A stretch of DNA of 64,000 bases. Source: Candidatus Hodarchaeota archaeon. Its GTDB lineage: Archaea > Asgardarchaeota > Heimdallarchaeia > Hodarchaeales > Hodarchaeaceae. Positions 31,323-41,187 of the stretch are shown here, one piece after another. Position 1 is the first letter of the stretch; each line of letters starts with the position of its first letter. The stretch is from positions 20,116-84,115 of the forward strand of contig JAEOTM010000066.1 of the NCBI GenBank assembly GCA_016839815.1. Direction: 5' to 3'. The notes below the pieces were generated by a model that did no database searches, had not been told where the DNA came from, and saw only the letters and a list, made by a program, of their open reading frames with translations. Position numbers and translations under genes: made by a program.

Positions 31323-33193
31323 TGGAGAAAAGATTCAGTTTTGATACGGAGGATAATCAATTTATCCCAGATACTTCTGTGGTAATTAATGGAGGATTAA
31401 CTATTCTAATTCAAAATGATGAGGTGCAACCTGGTTCTACTCTAACCATTCCTATCGCACTTCTCGCTGAACTAGAAAATCAAGCTAATTCAGGCAGAAA
31501 AACTGGTACAATCGGTTTACAACAATTAAAATTCATTAAATCTATTTGTGAAGAAAAAGAAATTATTTTTTCTATAGGGGGAAGAAAACCCCGGCAATTT
31601 GAACTGGGGGAAATAGATACATTAATACGTGAACTAGCATGGAAGGAAGGAGGGATTCTCATCACATCTGACAAGATTCAAAATATGAGTGCTCAATCTA
31701 TGGGTGTTCAAACTATATACATTGAACCAAAGCAATTAAAGCAATATGACAAGCAATTGAAGATTGATAAATATTTTGATAGCGAAACCATGAGTATTCA
31801 TATTAAACAAGGAACAAACGTGTTTGTAAAAAAAGGGAAACCAGGTGATGTTAGATTCACTCAATTCTCTTCGGAAATTATTACGAAGGAAATAATTACA
31901 GACTATGCGGATGACATTTTAGAGAAGGCGGATTTCTTTCCTGATGCATTTATTGAAATCGAAAGAAAAACTTCTACAATTGTACAATACGAGGATAGAC
32001 GGATCGTTATTACTCGCCCTCCATTCTCAGATGGGTGGGAAATTACTGCTGTTCGTCCTTTAAAAAGAATGGCATTAGAAGAATATAGTTTGGAATCCCG
32101 ACTGATTCAACGTCTTAATGATAAGGCTGAAGGGATTTTAGTGGCTGGAAGTCCAGGTGCGGGAAAAACTACTTTTACACGAGCTTTAGCGTTATATTAT
32201 TATGAAATGGGAAAGATCATCAAGACCATTGAATCACCAAGAGATCTCGATTTAAAGGCAGAAATTACCCAATATTCAAAGAATTTTGGAACACACTCTG
32301 AAATTCATGATATTCTTCTATTATCAAGACCAGATTATACTATTTTTGATGAAATCCGAGATCAAGATGATTTTCGCTTGTATACCGATTTACGTTTAGC
32401 AGGAATCGGATTAATCGGGGTTATTCATTCTAGTACTGCGATAGACGCTATACAAAGGTTTATTGGAAAATTAGATCTGGGATTAATTCCAAGTGTCCTT
32501 GATACAATATTATATATTGATTCTGGTCAGATACAGACAATTTTAGAAGTAAAAATGACTGTAAAAGTTCCTTCAGGGTTAGTTGAGAGTGATCTCGCCC
32601 GACCAGTTGTTGAAGTGCGAGATTTCTTATCTGGCAATGTTGTATATGAAATGTACACTTTTGGAGAGCAAACTGTTGTGATACCCTTAGAGGATCCCAA
32701 TTACAGTGGGAAGGAAATTAATTCCGAGCGAATAGCAGAGATAAAAGGTGTAGTAGAACAATACACAAATCAATCGGTTGAAATCGTCCCTAAAGATAGA
32801 TATGGCCACCGTTATGTAATACATGCCCATGAAGAAGACATCCCCGTCGTGATTGGACAGAAAGGAATCACGATTAAAATGCTAGAACGGGTATTAAATG
32901 TAAAGCTTGATGTAAATAAATCACCTACAGCATTGAATGACTCGGGAATAGGTTACCTCAAACGTAAAAATGTATTATTTCATAAACGAACAATTACGAT
33001 TGGATTCCCTAAACGTTTCAAAAATAGAGAGATTAGTTTTTTTATCCGAGAATCAGATGGATCCCCTCCTGTTGAGTTTTTTAATGCCACAACATCTAAA
33101 TCAGGAAAAATTAAAATTGCTACCAACAGTGAAATTGGAAATATCTTTCAAAGGGTATATAGAGATGAGGAGGGGGCAATCTTCTGGAAATAG
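31322..33193 (+). CDS. PIN-domain/VirB11-like ATPase with KH domain (PINA)
   Basis: PDTSVVI PIN domain, Walker A GSPGAGKT, LLLSRPDYTIFDEIR and KH motif VIGQKG. Confidence 0.92.
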   Translation: MEKRFSFDTEDNQFIPDTSVVINGGLTILIQNDEVQPGSTLTIPIALLAELENQANSGRKTGTIGLQQLKFIKSICEEKEIIFSIGGRKPRQFELGEIDTLIRELAWKEGGILITSDKIQNMSAQSMGVQTIYIEPKQLKQYDKQLKIDKYFDSETMSIHIKQGTNVFVKKGKPGDVRFTQFSSEIITKEIITDYADDILEKADFFPDAFIEIERKTSTIVQYEDRRIVITRPPFSDGWEITAVRPLKRMALEEYSLESRLIQRLNDKAEGILVAGSPGAGKTTFTRALALYYYEMGKIIKTIESPRDLDLKAEITQYSKNFGTHSEIHDILLLSRPDYTIFDEIRDQDDFRLYTDLRLAGIGLIGVIHSSTAIDAIQRFIGKLDLGLIPSVLDTILYIDSGQIQTILEVKMTVKVPSGLVESDLARPVVEVRDFLSGNVVYEMYTFGEQTVVIPLEDPNYSGKEINSERIAEIKGVVEQYTNQSVEIVPKDRYGHRYVIHAHEEDIPVVIGQKGITIKMLERVLNVKLDVNKSPTALNDSGIGYLKRKNVLFHKRTITIGFPKRFKNREISFFIRESDGSPPVEFFNATTSKSGKIKIATNSEIGNIFQRVYRDEEGAIFWK

Positions 33194-33260
33194 TGGTTAA
33201 ATAATTCTCGTTAACTCTACATAAAAAAGTGAGGTTACTCTCTCTCCCTTGATTCAGCTC

Positions 33261-34946
33261 TTATTCTTCTTTGAAGATTTCTCTTAGACGACGTAACTCT
33301 TTGAGCATTTCCCCTCGTAACTCTGCGATGCTTGTTGATCGTGCATCGGCAATTAAGTCTAGTGGGGAATCACCTGATTGACCTGAAGGTATCACAGGTT
33401 CAGGTACAGCTACTGGAGAAGGAGTGGGAGGAACAGGACTTGCAGTCGGCATCGGAGGCGCTACAGGAGGGCTAGATGGTGGTGGAGGAGGTGATGATGG
33501 CAAACCGACTGGTTTTGACTCAATGGGTGAAGCTTTCGGAGTTGGTTTCACGGTGGGAGTTTCACCCAAAACAGAATCAAAAAGTGCCCCCACTTTATCC
33601 GCACCTGGAGAACTTGGTTTAGCTTTTCTAAGACTACCAATTTTTGTCTTATACGATTTAATTCGGCCTTCATAATGTTTTACTAGAGATTCATAAACAC
33701 GAGGTCGAAATTTGTCATCTCTTACAGCCTCTTTAAACTGGTTTATCAGACTAGATTCATTTTGGCTTAAAATCTCCAAATAAGTGACCATTTCCGTGGG
33801 AGTAGTTTTAAGATCAAGAAAAGAATCGGTGGAAACATCTGCTGTCTGGAAATCCCCACTAACATCTTCCGTTTCGAAATACAACACCGAGGTTATGAAA
33901 ATCACTGCTAGAAACGAGAAAACTGCTCCAAACATGTACATTATATCCCAAGAATAGCCCATGAATGTGTAATTCAAATTTTCTAGATTCAATAAGTCTT
34001 GTACTTCAGTAGAAGAGGCAAAAACTAGTATAAATGAAGTTAAAACCATTAGAAATCCTATCAGCAATATAAAGATCCAGATTACTTTTAGTTTGTCTAA
34101 AACACCACTAAATTTTCTCGAACTTGAGAGAAAGGCTGCAGCTGAAAATATCAGTAAACTTCCAAAAGAATAAATTACCTGCCATTCTGTATCTAGGAGG
34201 AAATTAGCTTCAAGAACCTCAATACTTATTAAAAGTGATATCAGCGCAAATACGATTCCGATAATAACTGCAATTAGCCATAGGATTCTGGTACTATCAA
34301 GAAAACCGCGGAAACCGTGACTCGCTGACATTAGAAGGGGGAAAATTCCTAAAATGAGAAATATCCCTCCACCAAAGAACAGCACATCCCAAGCAGTACC
34401 CCCGACTAGAGGAATTGTTTCGATTAGATCATCGATATAATGTCCATAAACTAGCATAGAAAGGATTTCTAACACAATCCCCACTAATATAAGGATAAAA
34501 TACACAAATTTGAGATTCCACAATCGTTCACGATCTCTAACCCCAAATAATATTGGTAAAAAGCTTACACAGAATACAATAGCAGAAAGTGTGAAGAAAT
34601 CAAACCATGATGAAGCTTCTGTGTCAATCGAAGTGATAAAACCACCATAAACTAATAATGAATATGTTATACCTAAAAGACTGATACTGAATAAGAGTAC
34701 TAAATGAGGATAAATTTTCTTAACACTTGATTTTCCTCTGGCATCCATTACTGACAAAGAAGGTAGGGCTGTTATGATTGTCAAGTAAAAGCCGAAAACA
34801 AATAAGATTTTGTAATCTAATCCCAAGAACAACCTATCTGCTGAAGCTACGCCAGAATAGTAGAGAAAACCTAGTACAATGCTAAAAATGCCAATTGCTG
34901 TTAAAGTAAGAAGTCCTCTTGAAGTTTTTACGAATGTTTCTCTCAA
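33261..34946 (-). CDS. Repeat-built multi-TM protein with cytoplasmic coiled coil, proline-rich region and C-terminal amphipathic helix
   Basis: Five two-TM repeats; PPPPPSSPPVAPP tract; terminal IAELRGEMLKELRRLREIF. Confidence 0.8.
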   Translation of the reverse strand: MRETFVKTSRGLLTLTAIGIFSIVLGFLYYSGVASADRLFLGLDYKILFVFGFYLTIITALPSLSVMDARGKSSVKKIYPHLVLLFSISLLGITYSLLVYGGFITSIDTEASSWFDFFTLSAIVFCVSFLPILFGVRDRERLWNLKFVYFILILVGIVLEILSMLVYGHYIDDLIETIPLVGGTAWDVLFFGGGIFLILGIFPLLMSASHGFRGFLDSTRILWLIAVIIGIVFALISLLISIEVLEANFLLDTEWQVIYSFGSLLIFSAAAFLSSSRKFSGVLDKLKVIWIFILLIGFLMVLTSFILVFASSTEVQDLLNLENLNYTFMGYSWDIMYMFGAVFSFLAVIFITSVLYFETEDVSGDFQTADVSTDSFLDLKTTPTEMVTYLEILSQNESSLINQFKEAVRDDKFRPRVYESLVKHYEGRIKSYKTKIGSLRKAKPSSPGADKVGALFDSVLGETPTVKPTPKASPIESKPVGLPSSPPPPPSSPPVAPPMPTASPVPPTPSPVAVPEPVIPSGQSGDSPLDLIADARSTSIAELRGEMLKELRRLREIFKEE

Positions 34947-35461
34947 AAAATAAATCTCCTTTTCACATGTCCAGATAAATCTGTTTAGGAATAGGTCTAA
35001 TACCTACTAATATAAGTCTAGTCTTATTTCAAATAATTATGCAATGCCGACAAAAATTGAGTATTCCGAATATGCTCAAATATTATTTTTCCTTCGTGAA
35101 CAAATAAGGTGTTTTTATTCTTTTCTACCCTTGAGTCTAAATTGTCTTTCTGCTCCACCAGAATCTCTGACTTAATTAGTTAAAAAAAATCTACGATTCA
35201 GTAAATTGATTGAACAACGAATTAAACCCAATTAAAAGGTTTTAATCCTAAATACTATCTATCTACTAGATTTTAAAATTTCAGACTTTTATTGTACCAA
35301 GAAAAGATCAAAAAATAACTGATAAACCCAAGAAAACTGGAGGAGAACGGTATGAGAATGCTGAACAACTCCAAAAAGACTCAATAAGAGTCAAAAAAAA
35401 GTAATATTATCAATAAAGATATGGAATACTTAGATGGAAAAAATAAAAATCCCTTTACATA

Positions 35462-35578
35462 GCCGGGGTATTCTAGTCCGGCAGGAAGCATGCCTGGAAA
35501 TAACGTGTCTAGGATTCATCCTTCAGACCATAAAGCATGTGCTCTCTGAGCTCGAGAGTTCAAATCTCTCCCCCGGCG
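35462..35578 (+). tRNA. tRNA-Ser(GGA) with 34-nt intron (35500-35533)
   Basis: GCCGGGG/CCCCGGC acceptor stem, G discriminator, CATGC-CTGGAA[intron]A-GCATG, long variable arm. Confidence 0.92.
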
Positions 35579-35881
35579 TTTTATTCTAATAATTTTATTG
35601 GTAATGAATCCATAACATTACAGAAAAGGCGATTAACATCTTTTTTCAGCAAAACTTTCCAAATAAATACACCCTCTAAGAAGATAAGTCACTCTTTGTA
35701 GTTTTTAATAATTTAATATTAGTGAAAAATTGAATTGTGTCACCGTCCAGCGGGTTCGTAACCATAATATAGGGTAGTCAAACTCCTTATCAAGCAGAGG
35801 AGAATAGCAAAACAGACAACCACGTAAAGTGTTTGATGTTCAAACTATTCATTATTCAATAAGTAGTAGTAGGAATGAACT

Positions 35882-36331
35882 TTGGAATATAATCACCAAT
35901 TAAGAATCGCAGGAGCTGATTGTCCAGGAAATTGGCTTGTAGCTCATGCTATAACTAAAATACGAGGAGTAGGTTATCGGCTTGCTACTCAGATTTGCCA
36001 AAAAGCTGAAATTGACCCTGAAATGCGATGTGGATTCTTAACTGAAGATGAAGTTCAACTCATCGAAGACATTATTACAAATTGCTCTGCATTCGACATC
36101 CCCACCTGGATGTTAAACCGTCAGAAAGATATTGTTTCAGGTGAAAACTTTCATATCATAAGCAATGATCTAATTGATACTATTCGTCTTGATATTGAAA
36201 GAGAAAAGAAAACACGATCTTACAGAGGAATTCGGCATTACCTAGGACTCCCTGTTCGGGGACAGAGAACAAAAACCTCTGGCCGTGGTGGAACTACTAT
36301 CGGAGTATCGAAGAAAAAAGTAAAGCAATAA
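35882..36331 (+). CDS. rps13: 30S ribosomal protein S13
   Basis: IRGVG, PTWMLNRQKD and YRGIRHYLGLPVRGQRTK motifs. Confidence 0.97.
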   Translation: MEYNHQLRIAGADCPGNWLVAHAITKIRGVGYRLATQICQKAEIDPEMRCGFLTEDEVQLIEDIITNCSAFDIPTWMLNRQKDIVSGENFHIISNDLIDTIRLDIEREKKTRSYRGIRHYLGLPVRGQRTKTSGRGGTTIGVSKKKVKQ

Positions 36332-36341
36332 GGTGATAAGC

Positions 36342-36899
36342 ATGGGAGATCCAAGAAAATTAAGGAAAAAACTTGAAGGCCCCCGCCACCCATTTAATAA
36401 AACTCGCATTGAAGAAGAAATGCAATATATGGGACGGTTCGGGCTCAGAAACAAGAAAGAGATCTGGAAAGCACAAACTGTCCTCAGAAAATATCGATCA
36501 CGAGCTCGTGCCTCACTTGCTTCATCAGAGGCTCAGAGAGAGATTGAAAGGAATATCTTAGTTAAGAAGCTTTACCGGATGGGTATTATGGCAAATGAGG
36601 CGGGATTAACTGATGATGTTTTATCTCTAAATGTTGAACAATTCTTAAAACGAAGATTACAGTCTATTGTTCATGAACTTGGTCTAGCAAATACTCCTTG
36701 GCAAGCCCGACAAATGATTTGTCATGGACATATCTCGCTAGAAGGCCGAAAAGTGACTGCACCAAGTTATCATGTGAAACGCGGTGAAGAAGAACTAATA
36801 ACATATTCTCCAAGCTCTCCCTACAATGATTCTGCACATCCAGCCTTGAGTGTCCCTACTTCAAGGACTCCTAGTCCTCCCCCATCTGAGGAACATTAA
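36342..36899 (+). CDS. rps4: 30S ribosomal protein S4
   Basis: MGDPRK, FGLRNKKEIW, RRLQS and ARQMICHGHI motifs. Confidence 0.97.
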   Translation: MGDPRKLRKKLEGPRHPFNKTRIEEEMQYMGRFGLRNKKEIWKAQTVLRKYRSRARASLASSEAQREIERNILVKKLYRMGIMANEAGLTDDVLSLNVEQFLKRRLQSIVHELGLANTPWQARQMICHGHISLEGRKVTAPSYHVKRGEEELITYSPSSPYNDSAHPALSVPTSRTPSPPPSEEH

Positions 36900-36926
36900 T
36901 CTATTCAATTTAAGTTGGTTATAATA

Positions 36927-37328
36927 ATGTCAAAAGCAAGTAAAAATCCTTCTACTGGAATTGCACATATTTTAAGTTCATATAATAACACAATAATTAC
37001 CTTAACTGATATGACTGGCGCTGAAACCATTGCCAAATCTTCTGGTGGACAAGTAGTTCGTGCAGATCGTAATCAATCATCTCCTTACGCTGCAATGAAA
37101 GTTGGTCACGAAATAGCTAGAGCTGCCAAAGAAAAAGGTATAAGAAAAATAGTTGTGAAGGTTAGAGCCCCTGGCGGTTCTGGAGCACGAAATCCTGGTC
37201 CAGGAGCTCAAGCAGCTATCCGTGCAATTGCACGTTCAGGTTTGCAAATAACTACCATTGAAGAAGTAACTCCCATTCCTCACGATAGTACACGACAACG
37301 TGGTGGAAGAAGAGGCCGTCGTGTATAG
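36927..37328 (+). CDS. rps11: 30S ribosomal protein S11
   Basis: [26 protein letters not shown] and TPIPHD motifs. Confidence 0.97.
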   Translation: MSKASKNPSTGIAHILSSYNNTIITLTDMTGAETIAKSSGGQVVRADRNQSSPYAAMKVGHEIARAAKEKGIRKIVVKVRAPGGSGARNPGPGAQAAIRAIARSGLQITTIEEVTPIPHDSTRQRGGRRGRRV

Positions 37329-37426
37329 ATCCAAATAAGGCCACGAAGAAAAATTTTGGCTTTAAGTCTCCTAATAAAGTATTAGGGTTTTCTGTATTGA
37401 CTTTTGCTATCAAAGTAATTTAGAAG

Positions 37427-38401
37427 TCAGATTTCTTTCCATGAAGAGGGGTATGTTCCTTTTTCCATAAAAACTGCAATAGGTTTTGCACAAATTCCAT
37501 TTTTCAACTCTGAGATCTTTTTACTTGTTAAAACACTTCTCCCAAAAGCTACTAATTCTCCTTTCATTGAAAGAATGGCGAGTAAAGAATTTTTATCAAC
37601 ATTTTTAGTAAATTGAACTACTCCTGGAAGCGTAAGCTGGGCACCATGACATATAGCATCAACTGCTGAATCACGAATGTAAATCTTAGGTAGATGTACG
37701 CAAATAGCTTCAATTGGTTGAATTATCTCCCTTATTTGTGACTCATCTCCCCCTTCATTATAGTAATACCATGCATCAGCTAAATCATGTAAAGTCTTAC
37801 ACTTCTTCACATCGAATGGTCCAGTTTGTGTACGTCTTAATTCATGCATATGCGCCCCAGTTCCCAAAATCAATCCAATATCATGACAAAGCTTTCGAAT
37901 GTAAGTTCCTGCTTCGCACTTTATTCTTAATAATGAAAACTGTGAATCTAAATGTTCAATTAATTCAAGTGCATATATTTTTCTAACCCGTAATTGTCTT
38001 TTAACATTACTTCTTACAGGAGGTGTTTGATAGATTTTCCCACGGAAGATCTGAAGGATGTCTTCTACCTCATTCTGTGATTTAGCTTCATGAAGTTTCA
38101 TAATACAGATATATTCTTTTCCTGCAGGCAATAAAACTTGAAGCGATCTAGTAGCGCGACCCAGAGCTATAGGTAAACATCCTGTGACAGCAGGATCAAG
38201 TGTACCCCCATGTCCAGCTCTTTTGATTCCTAAAATTTGTTTAACCCATGCTGTGACTTCATGAGAAGTAGGATTTGCTGGTTTGTCAAGATTTATAATC
38301 CCTAGATTTAAAAGCTCTGAAATACTACGTTTTTCTGGAGATAAACCATAATCAGGATTGGTGTGATAATTTTGTACCTTTACAAAAAAAGGGGAAGTCA
38401 T
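37427..38401 (-). CDS. cbf5: H/ACA pseudouridine synthase Cbf5
   Basis: LDKPANPTSHEV, GHGGTLDP and GTYIRKLC motifs; PUA domain. Confidence 0.96.
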   Translation of the reverse strand: MTSPFFVKVQNYHTNPDYGLSPEKRSISELLNLGIINLDKPANPTSHEVTAWVKQILGIKRAGHGGTLDPAVTGCLPIALGRATRSLQVLLPAGKEYICIMKLHEAKSQNEVEDILQIFRGKIYQTPPVRSNVKRQLRVRKIYALELIEHLDSQFSLLRIKCEAGTYIRKLCHDIGLILGTGAHMHELRRTQTGPFDVKKCKTLHDLADAWYYYNEGGDESQIREIIQPIEAICVHLPKIYIRDSAVDAICHGAQLTLPGVVQFTKNVDKNSLLAILSMKGELVAFGRSVLTSKKISELKNGICAKPIAVFMEKGTYPSSWKEI

Positions 38402-38431
38402 AAAAAGACCCCATATTTAGAAAAAGAGGAT

Positions 38432-38710
38432 TTATACGGTAATTTGTAAAGGTTCTTTAATTTCGTCAAGGAGACCCGCCTTATCAATCGCCTTTTGTAT
38501 TGCATCATCATTTGCTCCTCTCTTAATACTTATAACATTATCTAAGGGGCGAATATGCTTTATATTACAGCGACGTCGTTTAACAGCGGATACACCACCG
38601 CCGGAAATCAAAACAAAGTTTGGATCAACTAAATCAACGATCACTGCTTTCATTAACGCCTCGCGTCCGGCGGTCTTTACAATAACTCTACCAACTTCAA
38701 TCGCAGCCAT
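38432..38710 (-). CDS. rpl14e: 50S ribosomal protein L14e
   Basis: IEVGRVIVKTAGREA...VKRRRCNIKHI; upstream of cbf5. Confidence 0.94.
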   Translation of the reverse strand: MAAIEVGRVIVKTAGREALMKAVIVDLVDPNFVLISGGGVSAVKRRRCNIKHIRPLDNVISIKRGANDDAIQKAIDKAGLLDEIKEPLQITV

Positions 38711-39250
38711 CTATGTTCATTCCTTTCGTTAGAATATGCATCTTTTGAGATCAAAGCAGAAAATGTACACAAATCTTTGCATGAACGGAATAGTGCCTTA
38801 ATTTCTGCCTAAATTCAAGTATGGCCTTTTTTAAGTATAATTCATATAACTTTCTAACTGACAAAATTGCTAAATACCTCACGTAGGGTTGAGTCGCATC
38901 CCAGAGGATCAAATTCCAATCATAACTGGAAAGAAAGTGATTAGAAATCTTAATATACAAATCACGCGTAATTTTAACTAAAGAGTTCCTACCATGAAAA
39001 TTACGATCTCCTATAAACTCAAGAATTAAAAAATGGCGAATTTTTGATGAACAGAGTGAATAGATTCAAGTTTTCTTTTGCATCAGTAGATAATGTTTAG
39101 ATCTGTATTCTATTTGATATTTAAGATCCTCTTCAAAGAATTCTTTCCATCTCTATTTCTCATAATCCTAAATGATTATTTATTAAGAAGGAATGATCTT
39201 GTCAGTATTGAGATTCATTTTCATTCCTGAGATGGAAACCAAATTAAAGA

Positions 39251-39358
39251 GCTGCTGTGGCTTAGTTGGTAGAGCGACAGACTCGTAAGGATTCTCGTAT
39301 TCCATGATATCTCCGAGTTATCTGTTGGCCGTGGGTTCAAGTCCCACCAGCAGCTCCA
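39251..39358 (+). tRNA. tRNA-Thr(CGT) with 32-nt intron (39288-39319), CCA encoded
   Basis: GCTGCTG/CAGCAGC acceptor stem, ACAGA-CTCGTA[intron]A-TCTGT, central BHB helix CTCG/CGAG. Confidence 0.94.
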
Positions 39359-39379
39359 GTTTCTTATTGTCTATTCAGC

Positions 39380-40231
39380 TTAATGGTCTAACCATTTTAT
39401 CTTAAAGAAGTCGGAATAAGTGTAGATAGGGAAATCTGTGTAATGATCGATAATCTCAGTTATTTGAATGACTGTACGCTTCTGATATAAATCAATCTTT
39501 TCTTTCTGTGTATCTTTTTCAACCAATGATTTCAGCTTCTGGAAATAATCGACTATTCGGGTCTTCCATTCACCCCGGGATCGTCTATCAATTCGATAGA
39601 TTATCGGTGTTTCAACCTCCTTCAATCTAAACTCATTTTGATATATATAATGCCAAAACACTAGCGGAAATGAATAACCAGCATGATCCATTTCCAAGGG
39701 AAGAATTCGTACTCTATATCCTTTCAACCCACAAAAAGCATCAGTTATCTGAGTGTCAAACACTTCATTTATCGTTCTAGTAAGAAACATGTTCGTGACA
39801 TATCTATCAACAGGAACCTTAGTATTATCCTTCCAGAATTTGTATGTTAAATATCTACTAGTAGAAATTAAATCTATCTCAGGGTTCTCTGAGAGTTCAC
39901 TTATTATCTCCTTAATAGTAAATGGTGAATGCTGTAAATCAGCGTCAAAAGTAATTAAAATATCATAACCTTTCTGAGCTTCCCTAAATAAGGTAAGGAT
40001 TGTATTTCCATAACCTAATGGACCTGATTTATGTCTAACAATTTTTAATCTATAAGTCAATGAAAGCTCTTCATATATTTCACGGGACTGATCCGTACTT
40101 CCATCATCAGCAATAAGAACATCTATGTCGTAATGTTGACATTCTGAGTATAAATACTCATATAGAGAGACAAGACACTCTTGAAGATATGCTTGTTCAT
40201 TATGCAATGGAATGCCTATTAGAATTTTTAT
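39380..40231 (-). CDS. GT2 glycosyltransferase, DPM1-like (probable ATA start)
   Basis: DDGSTD, DADLQH and DAFCGLKGY motifs. The first strand KILIGIPLHNE lies upstream of TTG 40207; ATA 40231 is 7 nt after GGAGG. Confidence 0.85.
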   Translation of the reverse strand: MKILIGIPLHNEQAYLQECLVSLYEYLYSECQHYDIDVLIADDGSTDQSREIYEELSLTYRLKIVRHKSGPLGYGNTILTLFREAQKGYDILITFDADLQHSPFTIKEIISELSENPEIDLISTSRYLTYKFWKDNTKVPVDRYVTNMFLTRTINEVFDTQITDAFCGLKGYRVRILPLEMDHAGYSFPLVFWHYIYQNEFRLKEVETPIIYRIDRRSRGEWKTRIVDYFQKLKSLVEKDTQKEKIDLYQKRTVIQITEIIDHYTDFPIYTYSDFFKIKWLDH

Positions 40232-40531
40232 AAGGACTCCTCCAGCGAGGATAAAGTAATTAATGAGCGAAAATATATTTGTTTACTGCGATTTGGAGTT
40301 TGTTTATCAATCATTTTGAGATGGTAAAATCTGAATATCTTCAGAATTCATTCAAAAAAATTATGAGATGGATGTCAATAATCTTCGAGATATACAATAT
40401 TTGAAATAACGCTTTTAGATATAGGTTAATTTCAATCCAATGTTCTCTGAAATCCTTTTAAAACCTCTTTTTCTCGGGTAGATTAGAGTGTTCTAAGAAC
40501 ATGGTGACAAATACGTCAATCAGATAGGAGA

Positions 40532-40972
40532 ATGACTGATAAATTGACCGAAATTGATCCTGAACTTCAAGAGATATTGAAAAAGAAGGCTTCATCGCTA
40601 AAAAAGGACGTATCTTTCTTTAATGAAGTAAATCAGAATGGTGTCACCCACGTTGACGATTCTAATATCGATAGGATAATTCAATCCTCTCCACTACCAG
40701 TCTTAGTAGACTTCTCCGCTGATGCTTGGTGTAGACCCTGTCAGGTAATGGCACCAGTATATGAAGAATTAAGTCAAGAGTATGCAAAAAAAGTTGTCTT
40801 TCTTAAAATCAATACTGACCAGAACCATCAGGCCTCAGGTAGATATAGAATATTCTCGGTACCAACTTTTATCATATTTAAAGCAGGTAATCGGATAGCA
40901 CAAAGAGCAGGTGCGGCTCCAAAAGCAAAATTTAAAGCATGGATTGAAGAAACTTTATCAAACAGTGCTTAA
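40532..40972 (+). CDS. trxA: Thioredoxin
   Basis: WCRPC active site and SVPTF cis-Pro loop. Confidence 0.92.
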   Translation: MTDKLTEIDPELQEILKKKASSLKKDVSFFNEVNQNGVTHVDDSNIDRIIQSSPLPVLVDFSADAWCRPCQVMAPVYEELSQEYAKKVVFLKINTDQNHQASGRYRIFSVPTFIIFKAGNRIAQRAGAAPKAKFKAWIEETLSNSA

Positions 40973-41018
40973 AATTTTGGAATCAGGTGTAATGACTTAG
41001 TAAGTAGTGTGAAGTACT

Positions 41019-41087
41019 TTGAGAGAAAAATGGAAGAAAAAACGACTAAGAAGAAGGAAGAGAAAAGAAAGAAGAAGAAAAGGATAG
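41019..41087 (+). CDS. rpl41e: Ribosomal protein eL41 (eS32)
   Basis: Not in ORF track: TTG-started 22-aa MREKWKKKRLRRRKRKERRRKG, matching the MRxKW(R/K)KKRxRRxKRKxR pattern. Confidence 0.85.
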   Translation: MREKWKKKRLRRRKRKERRRKG

Positions 41088-41187
41088 TCTAAATCTATTT
41101 TTCTGCAAGAAATATGTCCCTTACTACGACAATACCTAAATCTTGCCACGATTACTTCTTTTGAACCATTAGGTGTGTTCTTAAATA

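Noticed and set aside
35740-35880. Structured leader RNA before rps13
   Set aside because: Only short hairpins (e.g. GTTTGA/TCAAAC); not supportable without covariation data.
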